Made by a program: the position numbers and the translations under genes. From positions 115,175 through 147,174 of the forward strand of contig JAEOTC010000086.1 of NCBI GenBank assembly GCA_016840035.1: DNA of 32,000 nt. Reading direction: 5' to 3'. This document shows, piece after piece, positions 18,186 through 26,526 of this stretch (the stretch's first letter is position 1; every line of letters begins with the position of its first letter). The notes under the pieces were generated by a model, which was not told where the DNA came from, did no database searches, and saw only the letters and a program-made list of their open reading frames with translations. This DNA comes from Candidatus Hodarchaeota archaeon (GTDB lineage: Archaea; Asgardarchaeota; Heimdallarchaeia; Hodarchaeales; Hodarchaeaceae).

Positions 18186-18327
18186 ATATTATTTAAGCAT
18201 TTCATTTCATATGCTCAGAGCTTAATAAGCAGAGTTGAATAAAATATCCGAGAGTCTAGAAAACGATTCTAGGAAAGATGAGTGCGGAATATTGATTCGG
18301 ATAACTTATTATCATACTCATCCTAAA

Positions 18328-19836
18328 ATGGACAAAAGGTGCATTTCAAGAATGGTGAGACGATTTTCCACAACAAGTAGCGTTCTCCTCCTTACTCTAG
18401 TTCTCTTTGGAGGACTATTTTCTTTAGCAAATTCGATCACCTCGGCTCATACACACAGCTTACTAGATAGTGATTCTCCTAAAATCGCGATCTTTTATGG
18501 ATCAGCTAATGATAAAAGAATCAGTGAACAAATGACTTTGGATACAGAGATTGACGTAGAATATTATAATATCTCATCTGTTCTCACGAATCCTTCTTTC
18601 GTTTTTGATAATAATAGTGTGAAAGCAATTTGGTGGATCAACGAACTTCATCTACCAATCGATTTCTCTTTTGTGGGCGATCTAGCTTCCTGGGTGAAAA
18701 GTGGAAATGGATTGTTTATTCTCAATAAATACTTTGATAGGACACCTCTTGTGGAGCTTCAGAATTTAGGAATCAATGGTTATTGGCCTGAAGTATATCC
18801 CCTGAATCAGAGGTCAGATATGCATACTATTGACCTAGTGAATGAATCTCTTCCTTCTCTACAGCTTGAACAACTGTCTTATGAATTCAATGGTTCTTCC
18901 ACTTGGGTAGATTTACATGAGAAAACAGTTGTCCTTGCAGAGATTTCTCAACCAGAAAATGAGGCGTATCTCTCAAAATTCAATTCGGGTCTCTGGTTGG
19001 TACAAAATAAAGTTATTGTAGGTAGCTTTTCAGTGAATTTATCCCCTCCACAGACTAGGAATAAGTATGAACTATTGAGTGTACGTTCTACTTTAGCAAG
19101 TGGTCTAATAGATGTCCTAGGGGAGATTGCTCTCTTGACAACTGATAGTTTCTCAGATTCATCAGGAATGTTTCAATTTACGGGATTTGAACAGATAACA
19201 ACAGTTGTTATTATTTCTATTGTGGCAATTATCACTTTTATTGGCTTCATGAAGGTTGGTATTATCACCAAAGCTCGTGAGATCATAGTTGGAGTATTTA
19301 TGGGGACGTTTTTTCTACTGGCCCATATTGCTTATTCCCCCCAAAGAAGGAGAATTAGTGAGGATGATTTATTAGATAATGAAATGCGAATGCAAATTGT
19401 CGGATACTTGGAAGAGAAAGGTGAACAGGGGGCACATCTTCGTGAAATTCAGAGAATCCTTGGATGTGGAATCTCCTCCCTCTTATGGCATTTACAAGCA
19501 TTAGATGATTTCAATATTGTAACACACCATAAAATTGGGAAGTATCATCTATTTTACCTCACAGGTTCAGAATCACTACAAATATCAGAAATAGCATTAG
19601 CATTAAAGAGTGAGGTGGCCAAAGATCTTTGCAAAGTGTTATTACGGAATAAGAATCCCCTCTCTCTTTCAAAAATATCCTCTAACATCAATGTTCATCA
19701 TTCAAGCGTTCAACATCATATCAAACGACTTTCTGATTTAGGAGTAATTATGATAATTAAAGAGAAAAAGCGATCGACTTATATTATAAATCCAAATAGG
19801 GTAGAATCATTAGAAAAAGTCATGGAGGTAGCCTGA
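18328..19836 (+). CDS. membrane protein: N-terminal signal/anchor, about 270-aa sequon-rich extracytoplasmic domain, two hydrophobic helices, two C-terminal ArsR-like winged-helix domains
   Basis: MVRRFSTTSSVLLLTLVLFGGLFSLANS signal-like N-terminus. TM segments ITTVVIISIVAIITFIGFM and IIVGVFMGTFFLLAHIAY. wHTH 1 is MRMQIVGYLEEKGEQGAHLREIQRILGCGISSLLWHLQALDDFNIV. wHTH 2 is LSLSKISSNINVHHSSVQHHIKRLSDLGVI. The start is ATG 18328 or 18352; the tracked ORF starts at TTG 18235. Confidence 0.6.
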   Translation: MDKRCISRMVRRFSTTSSVLLLTLVLFGGLFSLANSITSAHTHSLLDSDSPKIAIFYGSANDKRISEQMTLDTEIDVEYYNISSVLTNPSFVFDNNSVKAIWWINELHLPIDFSFVGDLASWVKSGNGLFILNKYFDRTPLVELQNLGINGYWPEVYPLNQRSDMHTIDLVNESLPSLQLEQLSYEFNGSSTWVDLHEKTVVLAEISQPENEAYLSKFNSGLWLVQNKVIVGSFSVNLSPPQTRNKYELLSVRSTLASGLIDVLGEIALLTTDSFSDSSGMFQFTGFEQITTVVIISIVAIITFIGFMKVGIITKAREIIVGVFMGTFFLLAHIAYSPQRRRISEDDLLDNEMRMQIVGYLEEKGEQGAHLREIQRILGCGISSLLWHLQALDDFNIVTHHKIGKYHLFYLTGSESLQISEIALALKSEVAKDLCKVLLRNKNPLSLSKISSNINVHHSSVQHHIKRLSDLGVIMIIKEKKRSTYIINPNRVESLEKVMEVA

Positions 19837-19893
19837 CTGAGAGTATCCAACAATCTTTTACGATTCAGTATAGCTATTACCTTCTCTATTCTT

Positions 19894-21510
19894 GTGGTCT
19901 CTACATTCTTCACAGGAGCTATAGGCAACAGTAATTCGATCCAATTCTCCCAGTTGGATCCTTTTTACCAACAATCGCTATTTGGATTGAGATTTGACTA
20001 TAATCATGGGATTTCGCAAGAGAATTCTCTACAATTACACACGAATTTGGTTACTGGACAAGAAATTAATGATTCCATTGATCCTGATCCAATCATTGAT
20101 AATAACATTTCGATTATCGGACAGGACTCCTATGGAATAAAATCGTTACTTTTCGCTACAGAAAATATTGGAAGATCAGAGTTTATACCTCTATTTGGAA
20201 CCTTAGAATGGCAAGCTTCTCTTCCTTACTTCAAATATATCTCCATGTTTGATTTGCCTTCTGGAGAAAGTGTGATACTAACTCAAGACATCTTAGGTTT
20301 AGCCTTGAAGCTAGATGGGCAGAATTTCCTGACTGATCAATATCTAGTAGGATATGCCAATATACCTGTAGAATTCTTGGAATTCTTGTTTGAATCCCTA
20401 AATCCTGTTCAGATGGCTGAAAATTCGATTAACGGGTATACTTCTCCAATTGATATGCCAAATTTGTCAAATCCAAATCCAATGAGAATTTCTATTGAAG
20501 AAAATGACAATGAATTGATAATTACCATGACTTATACAAATATATCTTATTTATTTCAAACAAATCCAATTAGTATTGAACACCTTAGTAGTTTTAGTCT
20601 TTCAGAAAATTTTGTTTTGATTGAGTTCGAATCAATCTCCTACATCACGAGAATATTGAAATATTCCACATCAAGTAATACTGGAGTAGAAACACAAGTA
20701 GAAATGAGTGTTGGGAGGATTCGGAATTTGTTAATCAATGAGAAACTACCATCAGAAGTAAGTTGGGATTCAGCATCAGAAACACATATCGTAAAAAAAT
20801 ACGAAGACTTGATCAACATTGATGAAACGATTTCATGGTATAAAGAGGTTGATATTGAAAAACGAATGGCTTTATTTAACCAAGCTTCTCTTTCATTTCT
20901 AGGTTCGCATAATCTAGGTGTGGTTTCTAACACTGAATCACAAAAGAATTCGTTTCTAAAAATTGATGGGCAAAATAGAACAAAAAATGAGTTATTACAA
21001 ATGGATCTCTCTGCTGAGAGAAATATTTCATTATATCAAGATAGCAATCTTCTCCTTTTGAATCAAATAAATGGCTATGATTATGCACTTCATCTGGAAC
21101 CAAACTTGCAACATTGGTCATTGTCACCTGTAAGTATAAAATCAATAGCATTGAATCAACATCCGAGTTTAAGTGGTAACATTTTATTTTTAGATCAGGC
21201 CTCTATTTTAAATCCGTTTTTGGTTGATGTTCTCCGACGTTTTACGGCTAATCTGTCTACTAGTACCCTTAGTGCAGAACAAATTCTAAAAACTGCCACA
21301 CTATATCTTACATCCGCGGAATATATTCAAGAGTATTGTATAAACTCATGGACTGGTTATCCCACAAAAATAAAATCACTTTCAACAGCAATACTTAATT
21401 CAAATAACTTAGAAGTTGGCCTATCAAGAATATCGTTCTTTCCACTCTTTCCTGGGTTATTATCGATATTTTTCATAACGGTTTACCAGACAAGAAAGAG
21501 ACGTATGTAA
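19894..21510 (+). CDS. large Asn/Ser-rich surface protein with C-terminal PGF-CTERM-like membrane anchor; start unresolved
   Basis: Many N-x-S/T sequons. C-terminus FFPLFPGLLSIFFITVYQTRKRRM has a motif, a hydrophobic helix and a basic tail. The first canonical start (GTG 19894) falls inside a hydrophobic segment that begins upstream of it. Confidence 0.5.
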   Translation: MVSTFFTGAIGNSNSIQFSQLDPFYQQSLFGLRFDYNHGISQENSLQLHTNLVTGQEINDSIDPDPIIDNNISIIGQDSYGIKSLLFATENIGRSEFIPLFGTLEWQASLPYFKYISMFDLPSGESVILTQDILGLALKLDGQNFLTDQYLVGYANIPVEFLEFLFESLNPVQMAENSINGYTSPIDMPNLSNPNPMRISIEENDNELIITMTYTNISYLFQTNPISIEHLSSFSLSENFVLIEFESISYITRILKYSTSSNTGVETQVEMSVGRIRNLLINEKLPSEVSWDSASETHIVKKYEDLINIDETISWYKEVDIEKRMALFNQASLSFLGSHNLGVVSNTESQKNSFLKIDGQNRTKNELLQMDLSAERNISLYQDSNLLLLNQINGYDYALHLEPNLQHWSLSPVSIKSIALNQHPSLSGNILFLDQASILNPFLVDVLRRFTANLSTSTLSAEQILKTATLYLTSAEYIQEYCINSWTGYPTKIKSLSTAILNSNNLEVGLSRISFFPLFPGLLSIFFITVYQTRKRRM

Positions 21511-21870
21511 TTAAATCAAACCCCACAATTATTTACCATCGGAATTTTAACACTAATAGATGTAAAAAATTTACATTTATTTAGAGTAGTTCCTTCACAG
21601 GTTAGCTAATAGAGAGATGAAATACTTTTTTACACGTCTTTGATAGTGTATCGACAGATAACAGCGAAATTATTAATTAATATGCAAATCTTCAGAGAAT
21701 GAACCTAAATTTAACCCCCGGATAGTTTCTCTATATGATATTGCGGATTTTCATAACATATGATGTTATAAGTTAAGGTTACTGGAGAGTACCTAGACTT
21801 TGGACTCGATAAATTTACTCTCGGAGAAACGAGAAAGATTTTCGAGAATTCCAAGATAGGTGTTTTAATA

Positions 21871-23655
21871 ATGAAGAAGAAACTTATTACGGGAAGTTCG
21901 GTAATCTTTTTACTGATACTTCTTACATTTACTTCTCCAGCTCAAGCCACGGATTATGCAGGGCATGATTTTAGTGAGGATCATTTTGCTGTTGAAATCG
22001 ATCTTTTCCCTAATCCTGCAGACCCTGACGTAATCTACGATTTTGGTACAGGAACTGGAGATGGAGACTCAGTTGAAGAAACTGATTTGCAATTCTTTAT
22101 GAGCTATATGAATCATAGTGGAATTGAAGTAGCTTACTCCGCTTTAGAAAAAATGGAACACTGGATAAAATTCCGTGATTTATTACCTACCGAAGTAGGT
22201 GAGCTCATTGATACTCTAGGTCCATTGGCACCTGAAGGCGCAGCAGAGGCTCTTAACTCAAACCTTGTTCATGTCAATGCAACAGCACCCTTCCAACAGT
22301 TAGTTCAACACTTTAACACTCCTTGGGGTACTGATGCCTTTGTAACAAATAATTTCATGACACTAGTTGCCTATTCTGGAGGAACTGGATCAGATCCTCT
22401 ACTTATGGACGCAGGTGATAATCTCTATATGGGTTATACTTTTGCAGTCCAAGAAGTGACAGATGCCCTTAACGCAGTCATGGCACCACATTATGAGATT
22501 CCTCATTTTGATTATGAAGCAAATTTTGAGCAAACTGCAGATGGATATACATTCGGTATCAATTATACCAATATGTTTGTCTTATGGCAGGATATTACCG
22601 TTCCCCTTCGTGGACCAGATTATTTAAATGCTGCGGGCCTTCAACTACCAGAAACTAAAGGAGTTATCTATGGACAAGATATTGTTGCCGCATCAGTTTT
22701 AGATCATCTTGCTTTTGAATATATTTTCAAAGTAGAACAAATTGATTTAGGAACTACTCCCTCAATTAAAGTTAACCTAGGAACTGTAGAGACAAGATAT
22801 CATATTGGTGAAACAAATTTACTTGTTACAAAAGATGATGCGACATTCATCTCAGATCATTCCGCCGATTGGCTTGGTTCACCTTTTACTGCAACACCCA
22901 GTTACACTTTAGATGTTCCTCTCGCTCTCCAAGGCCAAACTGTTGGTTCGTGGACTTTCCCAGCCAGTGTAACTCTAACTCTCTCAGAAATGGCTTTCTT
23001 TATCAACGATGATGCTAAAGTTAGAATGAGTATGGCTGATGCCTTTGGGTTAACTGTTGTAACTGCAACAAACTGGTTTGATACTCAAGTAGTAACAGAT
23101 CCTCAATATGCGACTCACTTAGATGAACCTGAAGATCCTAAAATTACTCTCGAAAGAGATGGAAATGAATTCTTCTGGACTAGTTTCAAAGATAAAATGA
23201 ACTATAAGTTAAGAGAGTTAAATTTTGATCCTTTCTTCGAGGATGACACTATTGATCGTGATGTGTATGTTACATTATTTGATCCAAGTGGTTGGTTTGC
23301 GGCTAATGTTGCTAAACCATATTTCCTTATCGAATTTTCACTTGCTTGGGGCTTTACAGTCTTCATGGCTTCAAAAATTGCACCAGAAATTGTTCATCCA
23401 GGAGCAGGTTCACATACAGAAGTGGTTAACCAAATCCTATATTTAACTTTCACTGAATTTCCAGAGTGGTTTGGTGGAGAAATCTATCATGATCCTTCAT
23501 ATTCTGCTGTTGCAGCGGTTGCTGCTCAACCAGAAACAACCACCGATAGTCCACCTGGAACTGATACGACTGACGCAGCCTTTCCAGGATTTGAATTAGT
23601 TTCTGTATTAGTTGCACTCCCTCTCATGTTTGCAGCATATCGAAAGAGACGATAA
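21871..23655 (+). CDS. acidic secreted cell-surface protein (S-layer/surface glycoprotein candidate) with PGF-CTERM-like sorting signal
   Basis: Sec signal MKKKLITGSSVIFLLILLTFTSPAQA|TD. Thr/Pro-rich linker QPETTTDSPPGTDTTD. C-terminal FPGFELVSVLVALPLMFAAYRKRR. AGGTG Shine-Dalgarno sequence 10 nt upstream of the ATG. Confidence 0.7.
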   Translation: MKKKLITGSSVIFLLILLTFTSPAQATDYAGHDFSEDHFAVEIDLFPNPADPDVIYDFGTGTGDGDSVEETDLQFFMSYMNHSGIEVAYSALEKMEHWIKFRDLLPTEVGELIDTLGPLAPEGAAEALNSNLVHVNATAPFQQLVQHFNTPWGTDAFVTNNFMTLVAYSGGTGSDPLLMDAGDNLYMGYTFAVQEVTDALNAVMAPHYEIPHFDYEANFEQTADGYTFGINYTNMFVLWQDITVPLRGPDYLNAAGLQLPETKGVIYGQDIVAASVLDHLAFEYIFKVEQIDLGTTPSIKVNLGTVETRYHIGETNLLVTKDDATFISDHSADWLGSPFTATPSYTLDVPLALQGQTVGSWTFPASVTLTLSEMAFFINDDAKVRMSMADAFGLTVVTATNWFDTQVVTDPQYATHLDEPEDPKITLERDGNEFFWTSFKDKMNYKLRELNFDPFFEDDTIDRDVYVTLFDPSGWFAANVAKPYFLIEFSLAWGFTVFMASKIAPEIVHPGAGSHTEVVNQILYLTFTEFPEWFGGEIYHDPSYSAVAAVAAQPETTTDSPPGTDTTDAAFPGFELVSVLVALPLMFAAYRKRR

Positions 23656-23660
23656 ACGTT

Positions 23661-23692
23661 CTCTTTTTTCCTCTTTTTTCCTTTTTTTTTCC
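23661..23692 (+). terminator. triple oligo-T terminator after the surface-protein gene
   Basis: CTCTTTTTTC CTCTTTTTTC CTTTTTTTTTCC: three consecutive T6-T9 tracts starting 6 nt after the stop. Confidence 0.6.
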
Positions 23693-23880
23693 TTATTCTT
23701 TGAGTAACACACTTTTCTTCTGGTAATAACCAAGAATTTCCATTTTCTCCTCAAGGTAAATAGTTTAGTTCTTCCTCTCATGATGAAGAGTAAAAGGGAA
23801 GGGATTATAAATGACAAGATTTAAACCGAAGTCTAGATAATAGAAACAACTAACTACAAATCTTGACATGAAGTGATGAA

Positions 23881-26451
23881 ATGACAAATATTGATCTTCT
23901 ATCAGATCCGATAAATCTAGTAATCTCTCTAATATTAACATTTTCCCCATTAATTGTTTTATTCATTCCATATCTGTATACTCGACGAAAGTCGGAAAAT
24001 TTTATCGCTACGATATTTAATCGGGCATATGTCGGGTTTGTGATTTTTTATATAGCGTATTTCATTTTTCCCAGTATTCTAAACTCATTTGTACCAGATC
24101 CGAATCAATATATTGATCAAGAATACTATCCAATTGCAGGAAGTTCTGGATGGACAACTGTATGGGATTCTGAATCAGTAATCACCCAAGGAGCAGTATC
24201 GGTACCTATACCACTGCTGATAAAGTATCTCTTTCAACATTTTTTTAACTCAATTGTGATATTTCTGAGTTATCCTGTAGTAATTCTCGCATTCGTCTTT
24301 GGTATTTCCCCTATAATTTCTATGTTGATTATTTTCTACCAGACTTGGACTGAAAAGCGGAATGAACTAAATCCAATCAAAAAATTAATCAAACGGAATA
24401 ATAAAGAAATTTCTCAACTCAAAAAGCAGTTAAAACACGCTAATGAATCAGAAGCTTATGAGAAGAACGTAGCTATTTCTGAATTTAAAACTGAAAATCA
24501 AGAATTGGAAAAACAACTTTCCGAAGCAAGATCAGTATCCCAACGTTTGCAAGAAATCCAATTCGAGCTCGAACACTCCCCGTTCCATGCTGTAATGAAA
24601 AGAGTAAAAGAGAAGAATTGGGATAATGAAAGAGAGTTATTGAAAGTTTTAATTGCGATATTACCCATTACATTATTTTTATTGATGACAATATTGCAGT
24701 TACTCGGAGAAACTGAAAACCCAAGCTTACTCCAAGGAACATCAATGGGGTGGTTTTTAGAAATTTATTTTGCCTATATCGCAACTCTAGTATTCAGTAT
24801 ATACCTAATAAAGGCCAGTCTATTATCAAGAAAAGGTAAGTTCTTGGGTAATCAAATGTACATTGCAATGGTTCAAAGTTTATCCACTGTTGGTGCTTTT
24901 ATGTCGGGATTGGCCGTTATATTATTCTTGGTGCAATATTTCGATCAGATATTCGTTGTTTCGTACTTTATCGTCTATTTCATCATGGTTTCACTATTTT
25001 TCGTGCTTTTCTTAGATGTATTTGAGCCATTCTCTATATACATCTTGTTAAAGCTAATAGAGAGCTTTAAATCGTTTAGAGTATCAATACGGAGATTTAA
25101 TAGGATAAATATTGCGAAAAGTACCATTTCAGGTATTCTAGTTGGTGTTCTTCTATCTGTTGGTTTTTTAACATATCTAGTAATTGTCAAAAGTATTTTT
25201 TCTAACTTTAGTACTGTTCAATATTCGACATTTTTCTGGTTAACTCAGAATTATGCAAGTTTTCTACTAGCAGCAACATTAGTTTTAATAATTAGGCGCT
25301 GGAATTGGAGTGTTATCGGAACTAGCACCATTACATATTTGTCTATATTATTTGTAAGTCTTTTCATAATTCGATGGTATTTTGAAGAGTGGTATATATT
25401 CCTAGGTTTCAGTGAAGGTGACCTATATCCAAGCTATCAAGGAGAGATTCTAGTTGCACCCTTTCTTCAGGCTACTTCGGTTTTAGGAACTATTGACCTA
25501 AACTGGTTAACTGCTGTATGGAAAGGTGGAACATATGGTGACTTTCAATTTATCTTACCTGAGTTACGGCAGATACCTGTGATCTGGCAAGGATCTGGAG
25601 GTCAATTTTTACAAGCTCTCTCAATCCCCTATAACTTATTTCATCCCTTGGCAATCCTTCTTATATATGGGGGTATTTTATTCCTAGCTGGTAAACAATT
25701 TCATGTCAGAACACAAAAAGGAGAAGAAAAAACTCAATATAAGTCAATTTTTTCAGATGTCACCCGTTTACTCAGTACGGATGAGCTAGAATCAAAATCT
25801 GACATTCTTTTAATCGCTGCAACTCCAGCTAAGGATGAAGAAAACGGAAAATTGATTGATAAAGCATGGCTGAATTCAGAAAAAGGAAGTTTCCTTCGTG
25901 ATGCAATTACTGGCCAAATGCAATCGATTTCTAAACTGATAGAGAAGACTGGACTTTCAATTGATGAAATCCATTCCATTTTAGATGAAGTGACATATGA
26001 CGCAGACGTACCTTTCAATCAGATTATTACTCTCTGGCATCGGGAATTCTCATATTCATTCGAAGAAGTAACTATCGATTCACTTCATGTAATGATGCTG
26101 GATGGGCGCGCGGTTCTTTCTCACACATTTGGAGAAGAATCACAAGTAGAACCAGCATTAGTAGCTGGATTATTTTCTGCCATTACATCTTTTGCAAAGG
26201 AAGCTGTTCGTAGTGAACAGTTACTCAAGACTATTGACCATGGGGATGTGGTTCTTACGATCGAGTATGCCAAATGGGTATTCGCTGCGATTTTTGCTGA
26301 CAGTACATCCACTGAATTACGTAAAAAATTAGGTGAATTTTTGAATGATTTTGAATCAAGGCATAAGAAAACCCTTCCTAAATGGTTAGGAGATTTAGAT
26401 GCATTCACGGGAGAAACAGAGATGATTCGGGAGCTCTTTCCTGGATCATAA
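23881..26451 (+). CDS. polytopic membrane protein (about 11-12 TM) with cytoplasmic coiled-coil insert and C-terminal longin/roadblock-like module
   Basis: Numerous 18-25-aa hydrophobic segments. Heptad-like charged stretch at aa ~160-250 (nt 24358-24630). C-terminal 125 aa (nt 26074-26448) has a strand-strand-helix-strand-strand-strand-helix pattern with PALVAGLFSAITSFAKE. GTGATGA Shine-Dalgarno sequence upstream. Confidence 0.7.
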   Translation: MTNIDLLSDPINLVISLILTFSPLIVLFIPYLYTRRKSENFIATIFNRAYVGFVIFYIAYFIFPSILNSFVPDPNQYIDQEYYPIAGSSGWTTVWDSESVITQGAVSVPIPLLIKYLFQHFFNSIVIFLSYPVVILAFVFGISPIISMLIIFYQTWTEKRNELNPIKKLIKRNNKEISQLKKQLKHANESEAYEKNVAISEFKTENQELEKQLSEARSVSQRLQEIQFELEHSPFHAVMKRVKEKNWDNERELLKVLIAILPITLFLLMTILQLLGETENPSLLQGTSMGWFLEIYFAYIATLVFSIYLIKASLLSRKGKFLGNQMYIAMVQSLSTVGAFMSGLAVILFLVQYFDQIFVVSYFIVYFIMVSLFFVLFLDVFEPFSIYILLKLIESFKSFRVSIRRFNRINIAKSTISGILVGVLLSVGFLTYLVIVKSIFSNFSTVQYSTFFWLTQNYASFLLAATLVLIIRRWNWSVIGTSTITYLSILFVSLFIIRWYFEEWYIFLGFSEGDLYPSYQGEILVAPFLQATSVLGTIDLNWLTAVWKGGTYGDFQFILPELRQIPVIWQGSGGQFLQALSIPYNLFHPLAILLIYGGILFLAGKQFHVRTQKGEEKTQYKSIFSDVTRLLSTDELESKSDILLIAATPAKDEENGKLIDKAWLNSEKGSFLRDAITGQMQSISKLIEKTGLSIDEIHSILDEVTYDADVPFNQIITLWHREFSYSFEEVTIDSLHVMMLDGRAVLSHTFGEESQVEPALVAGLFSAITSFAKEAVRSEQLLKTIDHGDVVLTIEYAKWVFAAIFADSTSTELRKKLGEFLNDFESRHKKTLPKWLGDLDAFTGETEMIRELFPGS

Positions 26452-26526
26452 TTTCTTAGACTAGGGAGGGTTTCTCCATCTTTGTATTCAAATCAATGGG
26501 CAGTGGAACGAATCACGGAATTTAGG

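Noticed and set aside
19834-19836. Selenocysteine as the explanation for the in-frame TGA
   Set aside because: No SECIS-like hairpin is obvious in the downstream region, no selenoprotein-type redox motif (CxxU/UxxC) surrounds the codon, and no sel genes are in the window. Mutation, read-through or odd initiation remain more plausible.
20640-21151. Minus-strand ORFs 20640-20933 and 20927-21151 within the 538-aa surface-protein gene
   Set aside because: Antisense shadow ORFs with no start or Shine-Dalgarno context.
21753-21769. 7-3-7 inverted repeat ATAACAT-ATG-ATGTTAT upstream of the 594-aa surface-protein gene
   Set aside because: It is short and entirely AT-rich, so it is expected by chance in a 360-nt AT-rich spacer. 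It is not repeated elsewhere in the island promoters that I inspected.
23225-23446. 73-aa plus-strand out-of-frame ORF inside the 594-aa surface-protein gene
   Set aside because: It is nested in an alternative frame of a long, well-supported CDS.
23608-23950. Minus-strand ORFs 23608-23817 and 23765-23950 in the spacer after the surface-protein gene
   Set aside because: The Lys/Arg/Glu-rich translation comes from reading the oligo-T terminator tracts in antisense. Both ORFs overlap the ends of flanking genes.
24975-26408. Minus-strand ORFs 24975-25190, 25734-26018 and 26121-26408 inside the 856-aa membrane-protein gene
   Set aside because: They are antisense to a continuous 2.6-kb ORF with coherent TM, coiled-coil and module architecture.
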